Shown here: positions 34,884 through 45,546 of the stretch, in pieces
How the letters are laid out: each line of letters starts with the position of its first letter
Position numbering within the stretch: the stretch's first letter is position 1
Origin: a virus
Taxonomy: Duplodnaviria > Caudoviricetes
Virus record (IMG/VR): IMGVR_UViG_3300037225_000166
Location: 1-54,893 of that record
Length of the DNA: 54,893 nt
Direction: 5' to 3' (one strand)
Made by a program: the position numbers and the translations under genes
Notes under the pieces: model-generated
Told to the model about the DNA's origin: nothing
Databases searched by the model: none
Seen by the model: the letters and a program-made list of their open reading frames with translations, nothing else

Positions 34884-37241
34884 ATGACTGAAAGAGCAAA
34901 ATACGCAAGTGGTGGAAGGAACGATCAAGGATCAGTTATCCCTCTCAGCGTTATTGATTACAGTCGTTTTGATTCCAATCCAGTTTTATTAGACAACCAT
35001 AACTGGGATGCAGCACCTCTCGGAAAACTTACCGATTTAAATAAATCAGATGGTACAGGAATGCCACAGTTTCACAGGATCACAAAAGAATCATGCGAAA
35101 AGGGCGAAATGTACGAATCAGGTTATTTAAATGGTTTGTCAATCGGTGGAGTTGCTACCTATAAAACTACCGGACAATTCACAACCGACAAGGACGGAAA
35201 GAAAGTACCTGTTTATGAATTAGATTCAGCAGGTAATAAAATATGTACTTATTTCGGTTTGTACGAGGTTTCGCTGGTAACATTACCATCCGATCCGAAA
35301 GCATTAAAATCAAATGCTTATTTGTCGGTTAAGGTTTATGATAGTGAGGATGAAATCAACAATTTAGTAAAACTTAGTTCAAAATTTAATGATTTAAATA
35401 AAAATCAAATGGAAAATTTAACTCCTGATCAAATTACACAGATTCAAACTTTAGTTTCTGAGGCTCTTAAAGTAGAAAAAACAACCTTAACAGCTGAAAA
35501 TACAGAAGCTATTCAAAAATTAACAGCTGAAATTCTTGAAAAAGAAAAGGCAACTTTGAAAGCTGAAAACGAAACCGAAGTAAATAAACTCATCACTGAG
35601 TATATTGAAAAAAGTAAATTGTCAGCAGTCGAACTGGCAGCAAAAGAAAAGGCTGAAAAGATCGAAGCAGCAACCCTGAAAGCTCAGGAACTGGCAGAAG
35701 GCTTGACAGAACTAAAAGCAGCAGCCGAAATGGAAAATGCCACAGACGAAGCTAAGACAGCTTATCTGGAAGCCTTCAAAGCATCAGAATCAGCAATTCT
35801 GGAAGTAGAAATACTGACAGCCGATCCGAAAAAGCCACAGCTCAAAACACTGGCAGAAATCAAATCGCTTACATTGGCAGCAAAGCCGGAAAATATAAAA
35901 GTCAAAACTATGCCTACATTAAGGTTTGAAAAACTTGCAGCTGACAAAGAAGGTGCAAAAATCATCGAAATGGTGAAAATGGGAGTTGCACCTGACCTGC
36001 AGCATTATGCAACAATAGCAGCAGCATTGTGGGAAGAACCACGATACAGGGCTTTGATGCAGAAACTGAGGGCAATTCCAAACGTAAACGGAAACATGAT
36101 CGAACAATTCCGATCTGATCCAATGCAAAAAACATCCGGCGGTCATGGCTTTTATGACATCCTTCAAAGGCTTTCATCTGAAAGAGTTGAAATGATGACC
36201 AAGGACAATACCATGAAAACAATAACCATGTTAGGAACCAGCGCAGATGCACTTGCAACTCCTGACTTATTGGTTATTCAATGGATTGTCGGCATGGCAA
36301 TACCGGCCCTGTTCCCTTCAGGCGACTGGAAGAATGATATTACTCTTTTCCCGGCTGATATGGTCAATAAATCACTGGGTTTGATCTTTTCAAACGTAGG
36401 AGCTGATCCAACGATTTATGAAAGTTATGCAGCAGCAGCAGCAGCCAACGCATCCGCACCTTATACCTATGATGATACAACCGTAGCATTAAAGATGTTG
36501 GAATACTACTTACCTGCAATGCTTTGGAATCCTATCAAAATTCATCAATATGCTACCGACCCGATGGCAACAGGCTGGGCACAGGCATTCAATAAGCTCA
36601 ATGCAACAATGGATGATGAAATGATTTACACTCTTTTATCATTACTTACAACAGCTTCAAAGATTGCTACATCAGGGAGCCAGTTCACACTTGCCGGTGC
36701 ATCTGATCCTTTAGCATTCATATTTAATACAGCATTTACCGGAGCATTAGCCGGAGCAGCTTATAAAGATGTTCTAAGGTTGGAACAACTTTACAGAAAA
36801 CAAAACTTTGAACTTGACAAAACCGGAGCAATCCTGATCACTGATCCAACCGCTTATCTGCAAATCCAAAATGATCCTGATACCAAATCATTATTAACCA
36901 GGTTCATCAATTCTGATAATGATCCAAACAGATTGAGTATTTCAAACACCAAGATTGTATCAAGATCAAAAGTTGGAATCATTGACACAGCAACTGAATC
37001 AAGTTCTGTAACAGGTGTTAAAGACCCGGCAGGAACAATTCCATCAACCTCAGTCAGTGCAATGTTAGGTTTGTTACCTTCACAAGTTGGTAGAGGCTTG
37101 GCACAGTTTGATATTTTCATGATTCAGGATCCTTCTAACTACGGTTATAAGATGAGTGCTGACATCAGGCAGGGTATCGTTCCTTTGAGAAAGAACTTAA
37201 ACGGACTTGCAATTCTTTCTTACGGTTCACCAACAGTTTAA
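34884..37241 (+). CDS. Prohead protease-scaffold-major capsid fusion protein
   Basis: N-terminal RFDSNPVLLDNH..PLGK, LSIG and LYEVSLVTLPSDPKA (HK97-type protease); A/E/K coiled-coil middle; ~330 aa capsid-sized C-terminus; no separate MCP gene seen. Confidence 0.75.
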   Translation: MTERAKYASGGRNDQGSVIPLSVIDYSRFDSNPVLLDNHNWDAAPLGKLTDLNKSDGTGMPQFHRITKESCEKGEMYESGYLNGLSIGGVATYKTTGQFTTDKDGKKVPVYELDSAGNKICTYFGLYEVSLVTLPSDPKALKSNAYLSVKVYDSEDEINNLVKLSSKFNDLNKNQMENLTPDQITQIQTLVSEALKVEKTTLTAENTEAIQKLTAEILEKEKATLKAENETEVNKLITEYIEKSKLSAVELAAKEKAEKIEAATLKAQELAEGLTELKAAAEMENATDEAKTAYLEAFKASESAILEVEILTADPKKPQLKTLAEIKSLTLAAKPENIKVKTMPTLRFEKLAADKEGAKIIEMVKMGVAPDLQHYATIAAALWEEPRYRALMQKLRAIPNVNGNMIEQFRSDPMQKTSGGHGFYDILQRLSSERVEMMTKDNTMKTITMLGTSADALATPDLLVIQWIVGMAIPALFPSGDWKNDITLFPADMVNKSLGLIFSNVGADPTIYESYAAAAAANASAPYTYDDTTVALKMLEYYLPAMLWNPIKIHQYATDPMATGWAQAFNKLNATMDDEMIYTLLSLLTTASKIATSGSQFTLAGASDPLAFIFNTAFTGALAGAAYKDVLRLEQLYRKQNFELDKTGAILITDPTAYLQIQNDPDTKSLLTRFINSDNDPNRLSISNTKIVSRSKVGIIDTATESSSVTGVKDPAGTIPSTSVSAMLGLLPSQVGRGLAQFDIFMIQDPSNYGYKMSADIRQGIVPLRKNLNGLAILSYGSPTV

Positions 37242-37255
37242 TTAAACAATTGACT

Positions 37256-37291
37256 TAAGCCGTTATGACTAACTATCAGACGGCTTATTTT
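37256..37291 (+). terminator. Terminator after the capsid gene
   Basis: TAAGCCGT...ACGGCTTA followed by TTTT. Confidence 0.65.
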
Positions 37292-37329
37292 CAACATAAA
37301 AAGTTATTTAAAATCTAAATTTCAGAATC

Positions 37330-37848
37330 ATGAAAAAGTTACTTTCAATTTTTATCTTACTTTCGATTTTCTCTTTTGTTTCATTCTCACAAGGTTACGG
37401 ATTAAGGGCGAAAGGCTATCAAACGATCCGAAATATCAATCAGGGCGAATACATCCAGTTTGCCGGAAATGCAGTTGATTCACTTTGTGTATCTGATTCA
37501 GCTTTTTATATTTTCCCGGTTACCCACATAAATCAGATTGCCCCTTACATGCAATTATACTGGAACAAAAGACTTTCCGGTACTGCAACAATTACAATAT
37601 CATTTTACCAGGCAAACAATCTACCTACAACCTTAACAAGCTCTGAATGGGTAACAGTTAAGCAAAAATATACTAACGCAGCATTTACAAAGGCATTAAC
37701 TTGTAGCGCAACAGGTTGGCAGGTATTTTGGGATAAGGCTGATTCTGCAATACTGGAAGGCCGATATTTAAAAATACAGATGGTAACAAGTTCAACAAGT
37801 ACCGTATCAGGGAAGATAACATGCAGGGCAAAATTTAATATTAAATAA
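37330..37848 (+). CDS. Beta-rich protein with a Sec-type signal peptide
   Basis: MKKLLSIFILLSIFSFVSFS|Q. Confidence 0.6.
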   Translation: MKKLLSIFILLSIFSFVSFSQGYGLRAKGYQTIRNINQGEYIQFAGNAVDSLCVSDSAFYIFPVTHINQIAPYMQLYWNKRLSGTATITISFYQANNLPTTLTSSEWVTVKQKYTNAAFTKALTCSATGWQVFWDKADSAILEGRYLKIQMVTSSTSTVSGKITCRAKFNIK

Positions 37849-37899
37849 AAAATAAATAACCTTAAACCTTTTTAATAAACAAAATAAATAACAAAAATC

Positions 37900-38502
37900 A
37901 TGTTTGATCAATTACATCTAAACCATCTGAAACAAATCGCATTCTTAGCAAAAACTAAGGGTGATGTTTATGTTCATGGGGATGGCAATCTTTATACCGA
38001 TACAGTAGTAAATGGTAGGACAAAAACAGCATTAGAAAGCAGCGACAGACGACTGGAACGTGCTTCATATTCGCTTGAAGATGCTCAATTCAGGGTTTTG
38101 ATAACAAAAAACAATGTTCCTAAAACAATAGAAGACCTTATTGATATGTTCTATGCAGCAAAGCAGAAAGAAGATAAGGCAAAAGGAGCAAATGCAAGCC
38201 TAAACAAAACCGATATTTTTGAAATGCCAAAGGATGAAGATGAAGAAATCAAATCAGATGAACCCAAAACAGATTCACCTGAATTAGCAGAATTGAAACT
38301 CAGGGCTGATACTTTGGGAATTGATTATTCTGATAAAATTGGTGTTTCAGGGCTTACGAAAAAGATCATTGAATTTGAAGCAGATCAAAAAGAGTTTGAC
38401 GATCTGAAACTGGAAGCTATCGGACTTGAAATCGAATTCCCTGAAACCACCACAAAACCGGAATTGATTGACCTGATTGAAGCAGCAAAGAAAACGGAAT
38501 AA
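37900..38502 (+). CDS. Hypothetical protein with acidic C-terminal HeH-like repeats
   Basis: LKLRADTLGIDY and LKLEAIGLEIEF repeats. Confidence 0.5.
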   Translation: MFDQLHLNHLKQIAFLAKTKGDVYVHGDGNLYTDTVVNGRTKTALESSDRRLERASYSLEDAQFRVLITKNNVPKTIEDLIDMFYAAKQKEDKAKGANASLNKTDIFEMPKDEDEEIKSDEPKTDSPELAELKLRADTLGIDYSDKIGVSGLTKKIIEFEADQKEFDDLKLEAIGLEIEFPETTTKPELIDLIEAAKKTE

Positions 38503-38513
38503 AAAAACAAGTC

Positions 38514-39971
38514 ATGAGACATACAGTTAATACAACCATAGTTAACCAGGTGACCGGAGTTCCATTAAGTTCAGACGGTGTTATGGGTTTGTTTTGTCAG
38601 GGTATTGCAGTCGGAGCTTCTTCGGGGGTTACTGGGACAATACTTGATAAACTATACCTACTCACTTCGGTTGATGATCTGGCAGTTATGGGTATTACTG
38701 ATGCTTATGATAAGACTAATGGTCTGGCAGTTTACCAGCAAGTTTCAGAATTCTATGCTGAAGCAGGGGACGGGGCCTTACTTTGGTTAGTAGTTACAGC
38801 AACAGCATATAGTACTTATGTAGCTTCATCGACCTTTGCAAACCTGTTAAAAGGCTCTGCAACGGCTGATTATGCAAACAAAATTAAGATGCTTGGTCTT
38901 TGCTTTGGACTTACAGCAACGTTAAATAATTCAACTACTGCTTATTTACCGGCAGTTTGTACTGATACAATTACACCACTCCAAACTCAGTTAGATGCTT
39001 TGTTTTTAGCAGGCTATCAAATGTCAGCAATCATTGACGGTGCAAATGCTTCACAGAATGCAGCTTATGCAACTATAGCAGCTATTGAAACAGTTGCAAC
39101 ACTGGCCAAACCTTCGGTATCAGTTTGTTTAACAGGTTCCAGGGGTAACGGTGTTTCAGGCGTTGGAGCAGCATTAGGCAGATTTGCAAAAATCTCAATA
39201 GGTCATGGCTTTAATTGTGTAGAAGATGGTAGTGTTTACGGAACAAGATCATTTATGACAAACGGATTTGCTAAATACTCACCTGATACGATTACAACCG
39301 GAGGAGTTAAATTAAGTACATTATCGCTGACTATTCCGATCACAACTCTTGTAAATGCTCATAATTATGTGGTTGTGGGTGATGGAGCTGTTTATAATGG
39401 AGTTACTTATTACAACGGACAAACTATCGCTGTAACTACTGCTAACGGTCTTGCTTATACTCTTTCAAGTGCTTTAAATACTGTTTACCTGATTGAAAAA
39501 TCAACAGATGTTCAAAGCCTGATTGACAGTGAATTTAACTCACTCGGAGATAAGCAATATATGTTCCACAGAACATGGCCACGACATTCAGGCTTTTTCT
39601 GGAACGATGCTGCAACTTGTGAAGATCAAATCAAGATGTTAAGCACTCAGGAATATAACCGGGTTGCTAACTACCTGGCAGATGCTTGCCAGTATTTCTT
39701 CACAAACCAGATCGGTAAAAACCTTCCTATGGATTTGGGAACAGGTGCAATTGATCCTGGTTATATCGAAGCAAAGCAAACCGAGTTCAAAAAGACTTAT
39801 ATCGAACCAAAAGCAGTAAATACCGGAACAGGCGATCTCTCAGGCGGTTCATTGGTTATTGATGGTACTGGTTTCTTTTCAACAAAAACAATGGGTTTTG
39901 CATTAACGATTGTTCCTACTGTGATTATGGGCGGTGCAACCGGTGAAATAAAATTCAGTTCAACATTATAA
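38514..39971 (+). CDS. Tail sheath protein (DUF2586-like)
   Basis: QVSEFYAEAGDGALLW, GAALGR, LGDKQYMF, GFFWND, EYNRV. Confidence 0.75.
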   Translation: MRHTVNTTIVNQVTGVPLSSDGVMGLFCQGIAVGASSGVTGTILDKLYLLTSVDDLAVMGITDAYDKTNGLAVYQQVSEFYAEAGDGALLWLVVTATAYSTYVASSTFANLLKGSATADYANKIKMLGLCFGLTATLNNSTTAYLPAVCTDTITPLQTQLDALFLAGYQMSAIIDGANASQNAAYATIAAIETVATLAKPSVSVCLTGSRGNGVSGVGAALGRFAKISIGHGFNCVEDGSVYGTRSFMTNGFAKYSPDTITTGGVKLSTLSLTIPITTLVNAHNYVVVGDGAVYNGVTYYNGQTIAVTTANGLAYTLSSALNTVYLIEKSTDVQSLIDSEFNSLGDKQYMFHRTWPRHSGFFWNDAATCEDQIKMLSTQEYNRVANYLADACQYFFTNQIGKNLPMDLGTGAIDPGYIEAKQTEFKKTYIEPKAVNTGTGDLSGGSLVIDGTGFFSTKTMGFALTIVPTVIMGGATGEIKFSSTL

Positions 39972-39975
39972 GATT

Positions 39976-40386
39976 ATGGATTTATCGAACTTAGTACTTA
40001 CGGGGGCAGATTATAAGATTCTTTGGATCATTGGTACAAAGACTTTTCCTATTCTGACGGCTGACAACATTTCTTATAATGATACTATCGAATCAGAACA
40101 GCATTATGCAGTAGGTGAAACAAAACCGATAGCATTAAAGCGAAATGGTGAAAAGACAGACGGTAAATTAAGTATTCAGAACGGAGAAATGGCAGACATA
40201 CTCTCAACTCTCGGATATGTAAAGGCAACCCAGATCGAAAACTCCATACTTACGATTGTAGCAACCGCAGGGCCGTTAAAAAGAACCCATGTTCATCTGA
40301 ATATCAATGGCGGATCTGTTGATATTAAGGCAAAAGATAAAGCTACTCTTATTTCACTTGATTGGGAATGCTTAGAAGTTGTATAA
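39976..40386 (+). CDS. Tail tube protein
   Basis: 136 aa, directly after the sheath; ISY...YAVGETKP. Confidence 0.7.
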   Translation: MDLSNLVLTGADYKILWIIGTKTFPILTADNISYNDTIESEQHYAVGETKPIALKRNGEKTDGKLSIQNGEMADILSTLGYVKATQIENSILTIVATAGPLKRTHVHLNINGGSVDIKAKDKATLISLDWECLEVV

Positions 40387-40766
40387 TGGAAACCTTCGAT
40401 AAAGAAATCACATTCTTAGAAAAAACATTTGATCCTGAAAAAATCAAAGAAGGTAAAGAATGGGAATTACAACCAACAACTAAAACGGTTAAATTTATTG
40501 AACTTTCACGAACCGATCCAGATCAGCGTGAAATATCATGGCTTGTAATGGATGTTTTTAAATCTGAAGGTAAGAATACTAAAATTGACTGGAAAACAAT
40601 CAGAGAATTAACTGATTTGTATATTGAAAAGATGCTTATTATTGATGATAATTTTACTCCAACGAATAAAACTGAATTTCTAAATGATAACGGGGCAGTA
40701 ATAAGTTTTGGATTGTGGTTAGCACATGAAAAGATACTACCTTTTTTTTTCAAATTGATGAGTTAA
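40386..40766 (+). CDS. Tail assembly chaperone (G); likely start 40386
   Basis: Lies between tube and tape measure; ends at a slippery T9C. Confidence 0.65.
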   Translation: METFDKEITFLEKTFDPEKIKEGKEWELQPTTKTVKFIELSRTDPDQREISWLVMDVFKSEGKNTKIDWKTIRELTDLYIEKMLIIDDNFTPTNKTEFLNDNGAVISFGLWLAHEKILPFFFKLMS

Positions 40767-40975
40767 TAAATGAAATCAATACTGATTTAGAAAAGGCATT
40801 TAATACATTATTGACCCGGGACTTTGTTAAAGTAAAAAAAACAATGTTTCGGGTTTTTTTAAATAGGACAAAAGAGGAAGTTGAAAATCAAACCGTTAAT
40901 GAGTATTTAGACGATTATATTATGTTAGAACATGTGCTGAGATTATACTCCAATTTAATGATCCCTAAAATGTAG
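40742..40975 (+). CDS. -1 frame extension of the tail chaperone (GT)
   Basis: -1 frame is open from the T tract to TAG at 40973-40975, 3 nt before the tape measure ATG. Confidence 0.7.
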   Translation, partial: FFFQIDELINEINTDLEKAFNTLLTRDFVKVKKTMFRVFLNRTKEEVENQTVNEYLDDYIMLEHVLRLYSNLMIPKM

Positions 40976-40978
40976 GTT

Positions 40979-42490
40979 ATGTCTGACTATGGATTTGCAA
41001 TAAATTTGACAGGGGATGCAGCTAAAAAGATGCAGGGATTGACTAATATGTCATCTGTATCAGTTAAGTCAATGAAAGAACTGCAAAAGGCTACAGGATT
41101 AAGCAGTCAGAAATTAAATGAATTTGGTGCAAGTGGAAAACGAACATCCGGATTATTGAATACGATGGTCGGAGATACTAATAAATTAAGTAGCGGATTC
41201 AGGGATATGTTTGCAGCATTTTCTTTAAGTTCACTTGCTTTACAGGGAATTGGAATGATAAAAGATGGTATTGTAAATGAAATAAAAGAAACAGAGAAAG
41301 CAGGTATTGAGTTTGAAAAAAGCAGAATGATGATTAAATTATTTATTCAAGATGTAGCAGGGGGAGGGGAAGCAACAATAAAGGCAATGGATAGGGTAAG
41401 CGAATCAAGTAAATTATTTACAGCAACTCAAATAAACAATGCATCTCAGATATTGATGGGAATGGGCATATCGGCATCAGGTATTATGAAGTTATTACCG
41501 GCTTTAGAAAATTATGCTATTTCATCATATAAATACATGGGTGATCTGGAAGCAGCAGCTACTGGAGTTGGAAGGTCTATCAAAACAGGTATGACACGAG
41601 GGGTTATTGATTTAAATGTGGAATTGTCAAAAAGCGATCCTGCCGGTAATTTTGCCTTGGTTTTAGAATCAATGGGAAAACGTGCAAATGCTTCAGCAGA
41701 ATATATGAAAACATTATCAGGTCATATAAAAGAAGTAAATACAGAAATAGAGAAAATACGAGTAGAAGCAGGAGCTGGATTTTGGACAAAGTTAGGATTG
41801 AATATAAAAGAATCATGGGTCGAAATGCTCCATCCGGTTGCTACTGTTCAGGTTCAGTTTAAAGAAAATATGCAAAATCAATATGATGAATTAACTAAAG
41901 GTAAAACAGGATTAGATACCGTCAAATCAATTCAATCTCAATATAAAATGTGGGGTGAGCAATATAAAAAAGCAATTGAAAGAGGGGATAGTCAGATACA
42001 GATTAGCAATATTAAGCGATATTTTGATTTTTATATTGATAAATTAAAGGAAGTTGTAGGATTAAAAAATCAGGAAAAAAATATCAATGATAGATTAAAA
42101 GAGGATGCACCAGAGGGAGGTTATTCCGAACTTAGTGAAAAAATCACAAATGCAAAAAGCGCATTGATGGATAAATTTGCTGATTTTTATAATGGCAAAG
42201 GTAAGGCTCCATCATCGAAAGAAATAGCTAATTATACTAAATTACTGACTTTGCAACATAAAATAGAGGATAAATTTAAAGGGTTAGAAAGTAATAGCAA
42301 CAATACTACAGATATAACAGGTGCATCAGGTGGATTAGGGCAAGCAAAAGTAATTAATATAAGAATGGATGCAGTTCAAAAGATTTATAGTTCTGATAAC
42401 AAGGATTTAAAACAATATGGACAGGATGCAGTCGAAGTTATAATAAGATTGTTTCAAAATATGGCTCAAAATGCCTCATCAGTAGTATAA
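40979..42490 (+). CDS. Tape measure protein
   Basis: Helical A/G/S/M-rich protein, 503 aa; position. Confidence 0.75.
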   Translation: MSDYGFAINLTGDAAKKMQGLTNMSSVSVKSMKELQKATGLSSQKLNEFGASGKRTSGLLNTMVGDTNKLSSGFRDMFAAFSLSSLALQGIGMIKDGIVNEIKETEKAGIEFEKSRMMIKLFIQDVAGGGEATIKAMDRVSESSKLFTATQINNASQILMGMGISASGIMKLLPALENYAISSYKYMGDLEAAATGVGRSIKTGMTRGVIDLNVELSKSDPAGNFALVLESMGKRANASAEYMKTLSGHIKEVNTEIEKIRVEAGAGFWTKLGLNIKESWVEMLHPVATVQVQFKENMQNQYDELTKGKTGLDTVKSIQSQYKMWGEQYKKAIERGDSQIQISNIKRYFDFYIDKLKEVVGLKNQEKNINDRLKEDAPEGGYSELSEKITNAKSALMDKFADFYNGKGKAPSSKEIANYTKLLTLQHKIEDKFKGLESNSNNTTDITGASGGLGQAKVINIRMDAVQKIYSSDNKDLKQYGQDAVEVIIRLFQNMAQNASSVV

Positions 42491-42993
42491 TGAATATTGA
42501 CTTTCAAGATATTGACTATTCAAACCTTCCAAGTACTTTGTATTTAGGCTATCTAAATGCAAAAACAGGCTTGATAGACTGGTTATTGATGCCAAAAGAT
42601 GTGAGAATTTACCCTCCATTTGAAAAGTCATTAGTAGAAAGTAAAATACTGGATGGTCCTTCTATTGTTGAAAGAGTTGGCCGGTTGGCTTATCATATCG
42701 AAATTGAATGCACATTGACAGCACAACAGAATAAAGACGGGGATGTTATAAATGGATTCAGTTCAACTCAGGGTTATTATGATGTTTTCCCACAACAGTA
42801 TTTAAATGAGATATTTTCAAAGATCATAGAGCCTGATAGTGTTATCCAGGTAGATAATACCTTTCTCAATTCCCTGGGAGTGAAAGAAATCATAATCCAA
42901 AAGGCAGAACCGACACCACAGGCAGGATCAATGAAAATAGCATTACGAATAAGTTGTATTGAGAATGTAGAAGGAAATAGTTTAATAATTTAA
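42490..42993 (+). CDS. Tail tube initiator-like protein (DUF6046-like)
   Basis: Position after the tape measure; KSLVESKI..G, FPQ, FLNSLGV. Confidence 0.5.
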   Translation: MNIDFQDIDYSNLPSTLYLGYLNAKTGLIDWLLMPKDVRIYPPFEKSLVESKILDGPSIVERVGRLAYHIEIECTLTAQQNKDGDVINGFSSTQGYYDVFPQQYLNEIFSKIIEPDSVIQVDNTFLNSLGVKEIIIQKAEPTPQAGSMKIALRISCIENVEGNSLII

Positions 42994-42994
42994 G

Positions 42995-44077
42995 ATGTAT
43001 TTTAACGATAAAATAGAGATCGTAGTAACTAACAAGCAACGGGGCACGGAGCCGGTTGTTAGTAAGTACCTGAAATCTGTTATATCTATTCATACATCTA
43101 ATGATTCAGCACATCTGGGAGCAGATTGCGAGCTTATTGTTCCTTTGAATGCAAGGATAATGTACAAAGATGGAAAGAATGACTATTTAACAGCTAAATC
43201 TACTATACTATTTCAATCAGGGGATCAGATCGAAATAAATACCTGGTTAGAAGGTGATATTTTCACAGGTTATAATCGAATAAATAAGTTCAAAGGATGG
43301 ATAGTTGATGTAACCGAAGGCAATCCGACAAGGATTAAATGTGTAGATTATATTTACAAATTAAATACCGAACCAATAAGCATACATTATCCCTCAATTA
43401 CAATCAAATCATTGTTAGAATTCCTGATAAAAGATACCGGAATAACACTTTCTAAGGATGTTTTTGATTTTACTTTAAAAGATATTACATTCAGCATGAT
43501 GTCAAGGGCTGCAATTCTTGAAAGCATTAAAAAGGATATGGGGATTAACATATCATTAAACGGATCGGAACTCTATTGTAATGTAGCCTCTAACACTACT
43601 CAGGTTGTACGATTACAATCAGACCGTAATATCCGTAGTGATGTAGGTGGTTCATCAGGCTGTGATCTTCAAAAAGAAAATATGACCTATCAACAAATAA
43701 GGGTTAAGGCTTGGTTTGAAAATGAGGATGGAACAAAAACATCATTAGAAGTTGGAGCAGATAAGGGACAAATACGTGAAATGTATTGGTATAAAATACC
43801 GAAGGATACTAAACTTTATAAGAAATTAGCTACCGAGGCATACAATAAATGCTTACTTGGAACTTACAAAGGATCCGTAACAAAGTATTTATATCCATTT
43901 ATTGATCTGTTTTATAAAGTTGAGTATATTGATATTCGTTTTCCTGACCGATCAGGTAATTATGTTTGTACCGGAATTGATTTTGATTTTGATCAGAACG
44001 GGATGAAAGAAGTTTGTAAATTAGCTTTTTTGGATGATGTGATATTAAGTCAAGAATTAACAGTTAGGTATGAGTAA
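42995..44077 (+). CDS. Baseplate hub (Mu gp44 / P2 gpD-like)
   Basis: 360 aa; FKGWI, IKCVD, YKGSV, SGNY motifs; position. Confidence 0.7.
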   Translation: MYFNDKIEIVVTNKQRGTEPVVSKYLKSVISIHTSNDSAHLGADCELIVPLNARIMYKDGKNDYLTAKSTILFQSGDQIEINTWLEGDIFTGYNRINKFKGWIVDVTEGNPTRIKCVDYIYKLNTEPISIHYPSITIKSLLEFLIKDTGITLSKDVFDFTLKDITFSMMSRAAILESIKKDMGINISLNGSELYCNVASNTTQVVRLQSDRNIRSDVGGSSGCDLQKENMTYQQIRVKAWFENEDGTKTSLEVGADKGQIREMYWYKIPKDTKLYKKLATEAYNKCLLGTYKGSVTKYLYPFIDLFYKVEYIDIRFPDRSGNYVCTGIDFDFDQNGMKEVCKLAFLDDVILSQELTVRYE

Positions 44078-44387
44078 ATTACATAAATTATATACCCAAA
44101 GTGATGAATTTGCAGCCTATTCATTTTATTGCCCGGGTTGTGAATGTCATCATCAAATTTGGTATAAAGAATGTCAATGTAACCGGTCATTTGCTTGGGA
44201 ATTTAATGGGAATATAGATAAACCTACTTTTGCTCCTTCATTATTGATAAAATATCCGGTTTGGATAAATGATGTAAAATCGGAAAGGGTTTGTCATTCA
44301 TTTATAAAGGATGGAATGATTCAATATTTATCAGATTGTACTCATAAATTAGCAAATCAAACAATCGAAATACCAGAATATGAGTAA
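44070..44387 (+). CDS. DUF6527-like Cys/His protein
   Basis: CPGC..H, WEFNG, PTFAPSL, CHSFIKDG. Confidence 0.7.
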   Translation: MSKLHKLYTQSDEFAAYSFYCPGCECHHQIWYKECQCNRSFAWEFNGNIDKPTFAPSLLIKYPVWINDVKSERVCHSFIKDGMIQYLSDCTHKLANQTIEIPEYE

Positions 44388-44907
44388 CGATACAGACTTT
44401 CAACGAGCTTTAGAAACTATCATAAAAGGAATAGTAAAGGGGGCTATTTGCTTTGAGGGAACAATCCAAAAGGTTAACACTGATTATACTTGCGATGTTA
44501 TTGTTAGTAAAACTGTCTATCATAACGTACCTGTTGATGTTTTAAAAGGCAAAAGGGCAAGTTTATATTTACAACCAAAAGTAGGCACTAATTGTAACTT
44601 GACATTCAGAGATGGAAACATCCAAAGACCTGTTATAACTAAGATTCATGAAGCAGATAAATTGTTAATTGATATTCCCGAAACGGTATTTAATGGCGGT
44701 GCTCATGGAATGGTAAAAGCAGAATCAAATGTTGAAAGGCTTAATAAGATTGAAAAAAAGGTTAATAACATTTTAGATTCATTAAAACAAATTTCAATAC
44801 CTTTGGCACCATCGGGATCATATCCCTTTGCACCTTTATTTGCAACCGAAATGAGTTTAACAGAAACAAAAGAATCTGATATAACGAATGATAAGATTAA
44901 ACAATAA
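44380..44907 (+). CDS. Baseplate spike (gpV/gp45-like)
   Basis: OB-fold N-terminus, PKVGT, FNGG..GMVK. Confidence 0.65.
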   Translation: MSNDTDFQRALETIIKGIVKGAICFEGTIQKVNTDYTCDVIVSKTVYHNVPVDVLKGKRASLYLQPKVGTNCNLTFRDGNIQRPVITKIHEADKLLIDIPETVFNGGAHGMVKAESNVERLNKIEKKVNNILDSLKQISIPLAPSGSYPFAPLFATEMSLTETKESDITNDKIKQ

Positions 44908-45209
44908 TGAAAGAACTGAAATATGATATTGAAAATAGGGATTTAGTAATTGAAAATGGAACTTTTGTATTTGAAGAGCATCCATCAGTTCAAAATGGTG
45001 GGATTTTATTATATGGTCGTGTTTTTAGTCTTAAAAATGCTTTGTTCGGAGTTGGCATGGAGCAAATAGTAGGCTCTCCTAGTTCTTTAGTTGCTTATGA
45101 ATTAAATCGATGGAAGTCTCAGGTAATTAAAGACGGTGGCCGGGCTTTATGGTCAGTTATTAACAATAATGGAATTGCACAACTAAAAACGGAGGTAAAT
45201 TATGAGTAG
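44907..45209 (+). CDS. Baseplate wedge gp25/gpW-like protein
   Basis: DLVIENG, FGVG; position. Confidence 0.5.
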   Translation: MKELKYDIENRDLVIENGTFVFEEHPSVQNGGILLYGRVFSLKNALFGVGMEQIVGSPSSLVAYELNRWKSQVIKDGGRALWSVINNNGIAQLKTEVNYE

Positions 45210-45543
45210 TTATACCGTTAAAGCAGGGGAATGTTTCAGCGATGTTGTACTGAATTCCACAGGCTTATTATTAAACTGGGACAGTATTTTAGAGGCAAAT
45301 TCCATATCAGACTGGACTCCAATATTAACACCCGGGCAAGTTCTGATAATTCCTGATGGCTTACAAACCGATGTAAATACAATTAGGGGACTTTCGATTT
45401 ATCCGGCTGTTAATAATTCAATAGCTAATATATACACAAAGATATTAAATGTTGTAACTTCGATGCTTGATAATTGGATTTTGAAAACAGGTTATTGGAA
45501 TAATGAAGGAATTTGGAAGGATGATAGTTTATGGATACCGTAA
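45202..45543 (+). CDS. LysM-like baseplate protein
   Basis: YTVKAGE...ILEANSI...LTPGQVLIIP. Confidence 0.7.
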   Translation: MSSYTVKAGECFSDVVLNSTGLLLNWDSILEANSISDWTPILTPGQVLIIPDGLQTDVNTIRGLSIYPAVNNSIANIYTKILNVVTSMLDNWILKTGYWNNEGIWKDDSLWIP

Positions 45544-45546
45544 AAA

